DNA from: Christensenellaceae bacterium
GTDB lineage: Bacteria; Bacillota; Clostridia; Christensenellales; SZUA-584
Assembly (NCBI GenBank): GCA_963666505.2
Contig: CAXXXL010000002.1
Span: 26,507 to 90,506, forward strand
DNA: 64,000 nucleotides
Reading direction: 5' to 3'
The position numbers and the translations under genes were made by a program. Below, piece after piece: positions 1 through 7,553 of the stretch (its first letter is position 1; each line of letters opens with the position of its first letter). Below the pieces are notes generated by a model. The model was not told where the DNA came from. It searched no databases and was given only the letters and a program-made list of their open reading frames with translations.

Positions 1-25
1 TAAATTAGTAGTGAGGTTGATATAT

Positions 26-1492
26 ATGAAACTGTATAAAAAAAATAGAAAATGTAAAAAGGGTTCGTCTATCATAACTGTAGTGATCGTTATGATGGTT
101 ATGATCATGATTGGAGGCGCAGTGACTGTAGTGTCTATGGGCACTCTTAAAAATAACGTTGCTGACTCCTCGAACAACGAATCGTATTATAGCGCGGAGT
201 CTGCGGCAACAAGCGCTGTGGGGCACTTAAAGTATATCGTTGTATCGTATTATCAGGCCATGAAGGAAGCAACTCCGACGCAGTATTCCATGATGTATAC
301 AAGCTTTGCGCCGAGCATCGTGTATAACGCACAGACGACTTTCGTTGAACCGGACCTTGACAACAACACAACGATTACCACTTTCTCGGTCGGCACATAT
401 GATTCTGAAAATGACATATGTGAGTTTAACATCACCTGTATATCTATGACTCCGGATGATGCTAAATATCGTGTGGACGCAGAAGTCTATATTAAAAAGA
501 TCGACATAAGCGTACCGGGAGGCTCTCTTTCGATTCCGGCAACAAATGCAGCGATTATAACCGGCGGTCTTATGGACCTTGACTATGACAGCGGCATCGG
601 AGTTATCGGAGGGGATGTTATCGTCGGCGGTATAACATACGAATCGTTCAAAAAAAACTCTGTTCCTTATAAAATAATCGGCGGAGTGCTGTATGAAAAC
701 CCGAGCATCGGCGAAATGATAAACGATCCGTTTGTATATGAGTCATATCAAGACCCGGTTTTAACATCGCCCGATATATATGCGACATCGGAGATGACTA
801 TTGAGTCGATACCTGTTGACCCTGTAGAGATACTTTCGGCACAGGACGTTAAGCTGAACCTGTCTTGCAGTATTGATGACGGTATAGTGTATAGCCAGGG
901 CAATCTTGAAATTATTAACGGACAATATGGTGCAGATATATATGCAGACGGTAATATGATTATAAACAGTTCTGTTATAAATGGAGATCTTTATTGCAGA
1001 GGCAATATTTACATCACCAGTACAACAATGAGAGGTGATATATATTGTGACGGCAACATTTACTGGCAGAGCGGCAAAAGTGAAGGCGACATAATAGCCG
1101 GTGGTAATGTTAGCATCGAAAACGCATCAAGCGTATGTAATATTGTTTCAAAAGGAAATGTCAACATAAAGAGCGTCGGAGTTAACGCAGGGTTGATATT
1201 CGCTAGTCAGGACGTTTCGATCGGCAATTGTTCGGTAACTGCAGTTATATATACTACGGGTCACTTCATTACAACAGGCAGCTGGCACTTGAAAGGAGCA
1301 ATCATTGGCAAAGGTGACTTCTTCTTCTCTAACGAAGGCGCTAACATGCAGATGCAGTATGATCCTGAGTTTGTGCAGCAGATATTGGACGAAGTGAACG
1401 GAACTATATTTGACGGAGAAGGGACTCCCCCGACTCTGGACAGCAGCATATTCGTAATGGAAAAAATAACGCCTATCGGGCGTGTCAATTAA
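26..1492 (+). CDS. PilX/GspK-like minor-pilin-type protein with C-terminal beta-helix repeat domain (hypothetical, 488 aa)
   Basis: ORF track gives 11..1492. The ATG at 26 lies 9 nt after GAGG (13-16), so it is preferred over the GTG at 11. The N-terminus KKG-SSIITVVIVMMVMIMIGGAV is a basic stretch, a Gly and one hydrophobic helix with no Glu at +5, followed by ESYYSAESAATSA (PilX_N-like). The C-terminal third has ~17-18 aa repeats (GDLYCRGNIYITSTTMR / GDIYCDGNIYWQSGKSE / GDIIAGGNVSIENASSVC / NIVSKGNVNIKSVGVNA) resembling bactofilin/DUF583 beta-helices. It lies immediately upstream of the pilM/N/O-like genes. Confidence 0.6.
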   Translation: MKLYKKNRKCKKGSSIITVVIVMMVMIMIGGAVTVVSMGTLKNNVADSSNNESYYSAESAATSAVGHLKYIVVSYYQAMKEATPTQYSMMYTSFAPSIVYNAQTTFVEPDLDNNTTITTFSVGTYDSENDICEFNITCISMTPDDAKYRVDAEVYIKKIDISVPGGSLSIPATNAAIITGGLMDLDYDSGIGVIGGDVIVGGITYESFKKNSVPYKIIGGVLYENPSIGEMINDPFVYESYQDPVLTSPDIYATSEMTIESIPVDPVEILSAQDVKLNLSCSIDDGIVYSQGNLEIINGQYGADIYADGNMIINSSVINGDLYCRGNIYITSTTMRGDIYCDGNIYWQSGKSEGDIIAGGNVSIENASSVCNIVSKGNVNIKSVGVNAGLIFASQDVSIGNCSVTAVIYTTGHFITTGSWHLKGAIIGKGDFFFSNEGANMQMQYDPEFVQQILDEVNGTIFDGEGTPPTLDSSIFVMEKITPIGRVN

Positions 1493-1502
1493 GGAGTAAT
1501 AT

Positions 1503-2549
1503 ATGCCTATAAAACAAGCATCTACGGTTTCGATCGACATAGGACATTCGTATCTGAAAATGGTTCAGACGGGCGGCAACGGACAGATAGTCAAATTCGT
1601 TGTTCACAAGATGCCTGACGGCTGCGTTGATGACCTTAACATATCTTCTGAAGAGACGCTTATAGCATCTTTGAAGAAAGCGAAAAAAGAGTCACGCATG
1701 TCTCAGGGCAAGTGCAATCTTGTTCTTAGCGGAAGCGACATTATAATACGTCACTTTACGCTGCCAAAGCTCAGCGAAGACGATCTTTATAATAATGTTC
1801 TTCACGAGATGTCGGGATATCTCCCGGTGGATCCTGAAAAGTATTATGTTGATTTCAAGATCGCCGATACTGTTGTTGAAGAAGGCGTCGAAATGTATAA
1901 AGTTCTTGTTACAACTGCGAGCAAACGTGTTATAAATGGTTATAGAAAAGCGCTGAAGTCTGCGGGATTCGCACCGAAAATCATCGACACAAGCGAGAAT
2001 GCTTTTGAAAAACTGCTAAGGTTTAATAGCCAGACAAACAAGGATTTCAATATCGAAGGCGGTATCTGCGTGCTTGACCTTGGCACAAAGTATACAAGGG
2101 CAAATCTTTATAACAACGGCGCTTACTATGTCAGCAATGTTTTGAAGAGGTCCAGCCAGAGTATTACAGAGGTTATCGCAAAAGTGGCTAAGAAAGATAT
2201 ACTTACATCTGAAACCGTTAAGAGAAAGAATGACTTTTTGAGCGGAACGCATGAGAACGAAGAGCTTTCAAAGGCCGTTAAATATGAAGTTGATTCGCTT
2301 CTGTTTGAGATATCGAGAGTTTTCGACTATTTCAGAAACAGGACGAAGAGTTCAATAAACAAGATATATATTTCCGGAGGCGGAAGCCTGCTGCTGGGTT
2401 TGAAAGAATACCTTGAAATGCATATCGGTGTGCCCGTATATTACGCTTCAGAGCTAATAAGCCGTGACAGTGTAAAAAAGAATGTAGACACTACGGGCTT
2501 TGGTATTCTGCTTAACGCTTATGCGGCGTCTTACAGGGAGGAAGCATGA
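1503..2549 (+). CDS. pilM: type IV pilus assembly protein PilM (actin-like ATPase fold)
   Basis: 348 aa. Motifs SIDIGHSYLKMVQ, VLDLGTKYT and YISGGGS are typical of the PilM/FtsA-like fold. AAGGAG RBS lies 6 nt upstream. ATGA overlap with the next gene. Confidence 0.8.
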   Translation: MPIKQASTVSIDIGHSYLKMVQTGGNGQIVKFVVHKMPDGCVDDLNISSEETLIASLKKAKKESRMSQGKCNLVLSGSDIIIRHFTLPKLSEDDLYNNVLHEMSGYLPVDPEKYYVDFKIADTVVEEGVEMYKVLVTTASKRVINGYRKALKSAGFAPKIIDTSENAFEKLLRFNSQTNKDFNIEGGICVLDLGTKYTRANLYNNGAYYVSNVLKRSSQSITEVIAKVAKKDILTSETVKRKNDFLSGTHENEELSKAVKYEVDSLLFEISRVFDYFRNRTKSSINKIYISGGGSLLLGLKEYLEMHIGVPVYYASELISRDSVKKNVDTTGFGILLNAYAASYREEA

Positions 2550-3211
2550 TAAAGAACGACATAAATCTTATTCAAAAAAGAAAAGGAAAGCAGTATTCAT
2601 CTAAAAGCGTTGCAGTGACTCTTCTGCTTGTTGTAGTGCTTGGCGTCGGCATATTCCTCGGGATAACCCTGCCGTCGAAAAACCTTGCACAGACACGTGC
2701 TGCCGTTTCAATGCTTGACAGCGAACTGCAGCAGTACAACGCAATAGCACTTTCTGCGACTGAAAGCACAGATGGAGACACCCTGGCAGCCGCAGCCAGC
2801 ATAGATACGTTGTATATCGAAAAGTCAAAAACCCTCAACAGCTTAGAAGAGCAGCTTGAAAGCCTGACGATACTTGCAACGGCCGAATCTAACGCTCTTG
2901 TGTATATAAATGCTATAGAAGAGAGCATACCTAAAGCGGCAAATGTAAGCAGTCTTACGCTGGCTAAGGACGAGCTTAATATCTATGGGGCAGCGGTAGA
3001 CGATGCAGTGCTTGCTGAGTTTTCCTTAAAGCTTAGGGAATGCGGATTGTTTAACGAAGTTTTTGTTGTATCCAGCATGTCTGCAGCTCCCAGTGATAAA
3101 ACCTGCGTATTCAATATAACCGCAATCCTTACAGAGCCGCTCAATACAAGACCGGCACAGGAAGAGGACGAAGACGCAACAAGTACAACAGATGCGGAGG
3201 GCAATCAATAA
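2546..3211 (+). CDS. pilN: PilN-like pilus assembly protein (bitopic membrane protein)
   Basis: 221 aa. Short basic N-terminus, one TM helix (VAVTLLLVVVLGVGIFLGITL) and a coiled-coil-like periplasmic part. Position directly after pilM with a start/stop overlap. GGGAGG RBS. Confidence 0.6.
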   Translation: MIKNDINLIQKRKGKQYSSKSVAVTLLLVVVLGVGIFLGITLPSKNLAQTRAAVSMLDSELQQYNAIALSATESTDGDTLAAAASIDTLYIEKSKTLNSLEEQLESLTILATAESNALVYINAIEESIPKAANVSSLTLAKDELNIYGAAVDDAVLAEFSLKLRECGLFNEVFVVSSMSAAPSDKTCVFNITAILTEPLNTRPAQEEDEDATSTTDAEGNQ

Positions 3212-3996
3212 TGAAAGTATCAAAAAGAGAAAGAACACTGCTTGTAGTTGTGCTGATGCTTGCGCTTATAAGCGCCTACTATCTGTTGTTTTTAAAGCCA
3301 TACCTTACTGAGATAAGCGAACTGAATATTCAGCTTGCCAACAACGAAACGCAGGCACAGACATATGCACAACTAAAAGCGAATGTTGACAATATCGATA
3401 TGGAGATTGACCAGAAGAGAGCCGAGATAGATGAATTCAGTAACGAAATATCTACCGGATTCGATCAGCCTCCAGTGCTGGTTTATCTTGAAGACACTGT
3501 TGGTGAACACGGACAAAAGAACATGTTTTCATTCGGGATCTCAGAACAGGTTGGTCAGATGATAATCAGCCCGGTAAAAATAACTATGGTCACAACATAT
3601 GACGGGCTAAAAGGGCTTATAAGCGATCTTACGGACGATGAATACATAATCAAGATTACGAGCATCGAAGCTATCATCACCTCTCCTGCCGAAGAAGGCA
3701 ATGTTCAGGCGGACACAGGCGGAACTGTAGACGGTGAAGGTGAAACTGGTGATGGTGAAACTGTTGAAGGTGAAACTGGTGATGGTGAAAGCGCAACTAC
3801 CGAAAACGTTATTGCAACAGTCACTGTTCCTTCCCAGGAGAAGACAGATGGCATGATAATGGTAGAAAATTCTGAAGAGCTGCTTAGGGTTACCTTAGAT
3901 ATCGAGGTATACGGAATGTACGGAGATATCCCCCAGGATAAAGTATACGATTTCGGCGGAGGTTCATACAGCTATGGTGGCGACATCTTCTATTGA
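3211..3996 (+). CDS. pilO: PilO-like pilus assembly protein with acidic Gly-Glu-Thr repeat tail
   Basis: 261 aa. N-terminal TM (TLLVVVLMLALISAYYLLF) followed by a coiled coil (LKPYLTEISELNIQLANNETQAQ), which is the PilO topology. Its start overlaps the pilN stop by 1 nt. GGAGGG RBS lies 9 nt upstream. Confidence 0.55.
   Translation: MKVSKRERTLLVVVLMLALISAYYLLFLKPYLTEISELNIQLANNETQAQTYAQLKANVDNIDMEIDQKRAEIDEFSNEISTGFDQPPVLVYLEDTVGEHGQKNMFSFGISEQVGQMIISPVKITMVTTYDGLKGLISDLTDDEYIIKITSIEAIITSPAEEGNVQADTGGTVDGEGETGDGETVEGETGDGESATTENVIATVTVPSQEKTDGMIMVENSEELLRVTLDIEVYGMYGDIPQDKVYDFGGGSYSYGGDIFY
3736..3790. repeat. in-frame tandem direct repeat, period 30 nt, two copies (25/25 nt identical cores)
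   Basis: gaaggtgaaactggtgatggtgaaa occurs at 3736-3760 and again at 3766-3790. It encodes EGETGDGET(V/S) inside the pilO-like gene. Confidence 0.9.
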
Positions 3997-4007
3997 TAGT
4001 AAACAAA

Positions 4008-5009
4008 TCAATCCTTATAGACGATGGTAAGTGAGCTTATCATCGTCTTTATTTCTTTTATAAGGCTGCCGGGAGAAAGAACTTCTGCTTTGTCGCCAAA
4101 CAAAGTCAGCCATGAAATGAACCCAGGACTGACACGTACATTTGCAGATATAGTGAAGGACCCGTCCTTTATATCTGACACCATAACATCCAAACCGAAG
4201 CGGTCGAAAACAGCAGTGGCAAGTGATTCGTGGAAGCGTATCCGCACATTCTTGCGCTGACCTCCGAACATATTGAACACGCTGCTGTGATATTCGTCAA
4301 AATCAAGATAGTTTTTATATTCAGAAACTTCGTCTATGTGACGTGCCTTTTTCTCAAGTACCTGTATGTTTGTCATTCTGTCCACCCTGAAATGGGACAG
4401 ATTGTCGTATTTATCTATGTTGCAAACCATATAAAGAGCGTCTTCGAACCACATCAGCACATACGGGGTTGCGTGGTATTTCTCCCCTTCTTTACGCATT
4501 TGCTGTGTTTTATCGGGAAGGTACTCGAAGTATTGGAAAGATATCCTTCTGGCTTCATTGGTCGCAGTCACTATCTTATCTATATTGTAGTATACCTCTT
4601 TGTTTTTTGTTTTCTTCGTTCTTGCCAGCTCCAGGCGTTTATGGAAGACCTTTGCCTGCTCTTTGCTGAAAAGCTGCGAAAGTTTACCCAGCAGCTCTGT
4701 AGATTTTTCCTGTGTCACGAACTTTGCGGCGCTTACAGCGCTGGCGAATATTTCCGCTTCCGCCTGTTCGAACAGCTCATCAGGCAAAAAATATGTCACC
4801 TCTCCCCCACCCGACACTTTCACTATGTCGTAATCGAGCTCCCTTAAAAGCTTTATATCCGAATATACTGATTTTCTTTCGACCTCTACGCCTTGATCTG
4901 ACAGATGTTCAATGATATCAGCAACGGATTTGGGGTGCTGTTCGTCTGTATCTCTTCTAAAGAAGTTTAAAAGAAGCAAAAGTTTGGCACGTTTCGGGTA
5001 TAACTGCAA
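4008..5009 (-). CDS. HTH + WYL-domain transcriptional regulator (BrxR/CapW/PafBC-like architecture)
   Basis: ORF track gives 4008..5045 with a GTG start. The TTG at 5009 is preceded by AAGGAGG (5024-5018) at 8 nt, and the GTG lies inside the -35 box of the divergent promoter, so 5009 is preferred. N-terminal winged HTH (KSVADIIEHLSDQGVEVERKSVYSDIKLLRELDYDI). Central WYL-type segment (RISFQYFEY...ATPYVLMWFEDALYMVC...FRVDRM). C-terminal extension domain. Confidence 0.8.
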   Translation of the reverse strand: MQLYPKRAKLLLLLNFFRRDTDEQHPKSVADIIEHLSDQGVEVERKSVYSDIKLLRELDYDIVKVSGGGEVTYFLPDELFEQAEAEIFASAVSAAKFVTQEKSTELLGKLSQLFSKEQAKVFHKRLELARTKKTKNKEVYYNIDKIVTATNEARRISFQYFEYLPDKTQQMRKEGEKYHATPYVLMWFEDALYMVCNIDKYDNLSHFRVDRMTNIQVLEKKARHIDEVSEYKNYLDFDEYHSSVFNMFGGQRKNVRIRFHESLATAVFDRFGLDVMVSDIKDGSFTISANVRVSPGFISWLTLFGDKAEVLSPGSLIKEIKTMISSLTIVYKD

Positions 5010-5038
5010 TGATGTCGCCTCCTTGGCTCTATTTTTGA

Positions 5039-5067
5039 TTGACACTGTTTAAACAATAATACATAAT
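5039..5067 (+). promoter_or_regulatory. sigma-70-type promoter for the yfcC-like operon (TTGACA-N17-CATAAT)
   Basis: TTGACA at 5039-5044, 17-nt spacer, CATAAT at 5062-5067. A 10-bp perfect palindrome TGTTTAAACA (5046-5055) sits in the spacer. RBS AAGGGAG at 5082-5088. Confidence 0.55.
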
Positions 5068-5074
5068 TATAACA
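5066..5074 (-). promoter_or_regulatory. putative extended -10 (TGtTATAAT) for the WYL regulator gene
   Basis: The minus strand reads TGTTATAAT (5074-5066). No good -35 is present. It overlaps the -10 of the divergent plus-strand promoter. Confidence 0.3.
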
Positions 5075-5097
5075 TATATTTTAAGGGAGAACATGAT

Positions 5098-6540
5098 ATG
5101 AATAATGATGCAAGTTTGAAAATCAATAAACGCAGTCTTCTTAGCGCAGTTATCATAATCGGGGTGCTCATAATCGCATCATACTGCCTTACACTTTTTG
5201 TTCCGCCGGGACAATATGACGTGGCCGTAGTCGCCGACGGCAGCGAAACAATCGTTCCCGGTTCATATCAGCAAACTGGAGATGCCGGACATTATCCCGT
5301 TTACAACATTATACTATCAGTTTTCAAGTCGTTTGCACCCGGCGGTGAAGTCAACACGGTAATGATAGTAATAATGTTGTTCATACTCATCATCGGAGGC
5401 AGTTTTACGCTTCTTGACAAAGCAGGAATACTCAGAGCAGTTATCGCCAAAATAGCAGCAAGGATGATCGGCAGAAAATATCTGCTTGTTGTAGTCATTT
5501 CATTCTTGTTCATGTTCCTTGGAGCATTCTGTGGTATCCTTGAAGAAATCATACCTCTTATACCTTTAATCATCGGGCTTTCCTTTATGCTTGGCTGGGA
5601 CAGCCTTATGGGTCTTGGTATGTGTCTGCTCTCCACAAGTTTCGGGTTTGCAGCGGCTATATACAACCCATTCACCGTGCTTCTTGCTCAGCAGATTGCC
5701 GGGGTACCGATCTATGCAGGTACCTGGCTGAGAGTTATCTTTTTTGTCGTAATATATATCGTACTTATAATTTTCCTTTTAAGATATGCAAGAAAGCTGG
5801 ACGCAAACCCGATGGCTTCAAAGGTGTATAAAGAAGACACTGCAAGAAGAGAAAAATACAGGCTTTCTCCGCAGCAAATAAAAGAAGCAGCCGTTTTCAA
5901 AAAAGCGCCAATACTTTTTGTTGGTATCAGCCTTGCAATAATGCTTGTCTTTCTCGTTTCGGCGCCTTTTCTTGGTTTAGCGGATTATTCTATGATAGTG
6001 ATTGCCGTGATATTCCTTGTTGCTTCTTTCGCAGGCGCAAAGCTTGCGAGGTATAAACCAGCAGTAAAGACGTTCTTTAAAGGTTTCCTCGACATCGCAC
6101 CCGGAATACTGCTTATACCGCTGGCATATGCCGTATCTACTGTTATAAGAGACAGTGGAATAATGGACACGCTGCTTTTCTATTCTTCCGAAGCGATTTC
6201 CGGAATGAGTCCGTTTATAAATATAATCATAATTTACGGTGTTGTGCTTCTCCTTGAGTTTTTCATTGCACAGGCGTCGGCAAAGGCCTTTCTAGTTTTG
6301 CCTCTTATCGTTCCGCTTGCTGCACTATCAGGAATAACCGGACAGACAACAGTGCTCGCATATACGCTGGGTGACGGATTCCTTAATGTTCTCTACCCCA
6401 CCAATGCGATGCTTCTAATAGCTCTTGGTTTGACAACAGTCAGCTATACGAAGTGGTTTAAATTCACAATTGTTGTCCAGCTAATCATCATGGCACTTAG
6501 CGTTGCGCTGCTTATGGCAGCGGTACAGATAGGATATTGA
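5098..6540 (+). CDS. YfcC/DcuC-superfamily membrane transporter (putative amino-acid/peptide-type permease)
   Basis: 480 aa with about 11-12 hydrophobic helices. The N-terminus KRSLLSAVIIIGVLII...FVPPGQYD resembles YfcC family proteins. RBS AAGGGAG. Confidence 0.7.
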   Translation: MNNDASLKINKRSLLSAVIIIGVLIIASYCLTLFVPPGQYDVAVVADGSETIVPGSYQQTGDAGHYPVYNIILSVFKSFAPGGEVNTVMIVIMLFILIIGGSFTLLDKAGILRAVIAKIAARMIGRKYLLVVVISFLFMFLGAFCGILEEIIPLIPLIIGLSFMLGWDSLMGLGMCLLSTSFGFAAAIYNPFTVLLAQQIAGVPIYAGTWLRVIFFVVIYIVLIIFLLRYARKLDANPMASKVYKEDTARREKYRLSPQQIKEAAVFKKAPILFVGISLAIMLVFLVSAPFLGLADYSMIVIAVIFLVASFAGAKLARYKPAVKTFFKGFLDIAPGILLIPLAYAVSTVIRDSGIMDTLLFYSSEAISGMSPFINIIIIYGVVLLLEFFIAQASAKAFLVLPLIVPLAALSGITGQTTVLAYTLGDGFLNVLYPTNAMLLIALGLTTVSYTKWFKFTIVVQLIIMALSVALLMAAVQIGY

Positions 6541-6541
6541 T

Positions 6542-7354
6542 ATGAAATTCGGGATGTCAACCGCCTGCTTTTTTCCGAAGCTGAACTGCGAAGAAGCGGC
6601 GTCCAAAATAGGAAGTATGGGAATAAGCAATGTTGAGATTTTTTTCAGCACGCTGTCTGAATACGAAACCAGCTTCATTAAAGAACTTAAAAAAATAGCT
6701 GACGGCAGCGGAATAGATATATATTCCGTACATGCGCTTTCGCTTCAGTTTGAACCGCAGCTTTTTTCCATGCACAAACGTTCCAGAGAGGATGCACTTT
6801 GTATTTTTGAAAAGGTATTGGCAGCTGGCGCTGAACTTGGAGCAGGTGTTTATGTAATGCATGGGCCTGCTCACGTTAAACGCGCATGCAGTCTTAACCT
6901 TAACTACGAATATATAGCGCAAAGCACGCTGCCGCTTTGTGAAATGGCCAAAAGCTATGGTATCAGGCTTGCCTGGGAAAATGTTCATTGGTGCTGGTAT
7001 GCACAGCCGCAGTTCCCAAGGCTGCTGGAGGAGCATCTTGGCAGCGGTAAGCTCTTTTATACGCTGGACATTAAGCAGGCAGCGCAATCCGGATTTGAGC
7101 CGGTGGAGTATCTTGAGTATACTGCGAATACGCTGGCTAACATACACGTCTGCGACTATGTAAAAGAAAATGACGGCAGTATCGTGCCTGTGCTCCCATT
7201 CGAAGGTCAGATGGACCATAAAGGCATAAAGAACAGTCTGGCTGATATAGGCTATGACGGTGCGGTCATGCTGGAAGTTTACAGCAGCAACTTTGGAAGT
7301 GAAAAAGAGCTGCTTGATGTTTATAATTGCGTGAAAGACGAGTTTGATTTTTGA
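6542..7354 (+). CDS. sugar phosphate isomerase/epimerase (xylose isomerase-like TIM barrel family)
   Basis: 270 aa. The pattern MKFGMST..., VEIF, VYVMHGP, LAWENVH and AVMLEVY is characteristic of AP_endonuc_2/TIM-barrel proteins. It starts 1 nt after the transporter stop, so it is probably co-transcribed. Confidence 0.75.
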   Translation: MKFGMSTACFFPKLNCEEAASKIGSMGISNVEIFFSTLSEYETSFIKELKKIADGSGIDIYSVHALSLQFEPQLFSMHKRSREDALCIFEKVLAAGAELGAGVYVMHGPAHVKRACSLNLNYEYIAQSTLPLCEMAKSYGIRLAWENVHWCWYAQPQFPRLLEEHLGSGKLFYTLDIKQAAQSGFEPVEYLEYTANTLANIHVCDYVKENDGSIVPVLPFEGQMDHKGIKNSLADIGYDGAVMLEVYSSNFGSEKELLDVYNCVKDEFDF

Positions 7355-7553
7355 CGATTTCCAATGTTAAAAAAGGGTTTCTCCTGCTTAAATAATGCAT
7401 AATGCTGATTTTATCGCATATTAATCAAAATCTTCTTAATTTGTTTAAAAAATGTTAAGTCATAGCTTATATTTTATGTTATACTGTTTAAATGAATTGG
7501 GATAATGCCGAATGTAAGAAAAAGGCAATACTAAAAACAACGGGAGCAAAAAT

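Noticed and set aside
5-226. A 73-aa minus-strand ORF at the left edge of the window.
   Set aside because: It overlaps the 5' end of the PilX-like gene on the other strand. It has His/Cys/Arg-rich nonsense composition and no RBS.
7355-7553. A 199-nt AT-rich region upstream of the zinc-ribbon gene, examined for a riboswitch or small ORF.
   Set aside because: It contains no GC-rich helices or conserved riboswitch cores that I recognise. The only tiny ORF, a 12-codon ATG at 7370, has no RBS. A TGtTATACT extended -10 at 7477-7485 is plausible but unsupported by a -35.
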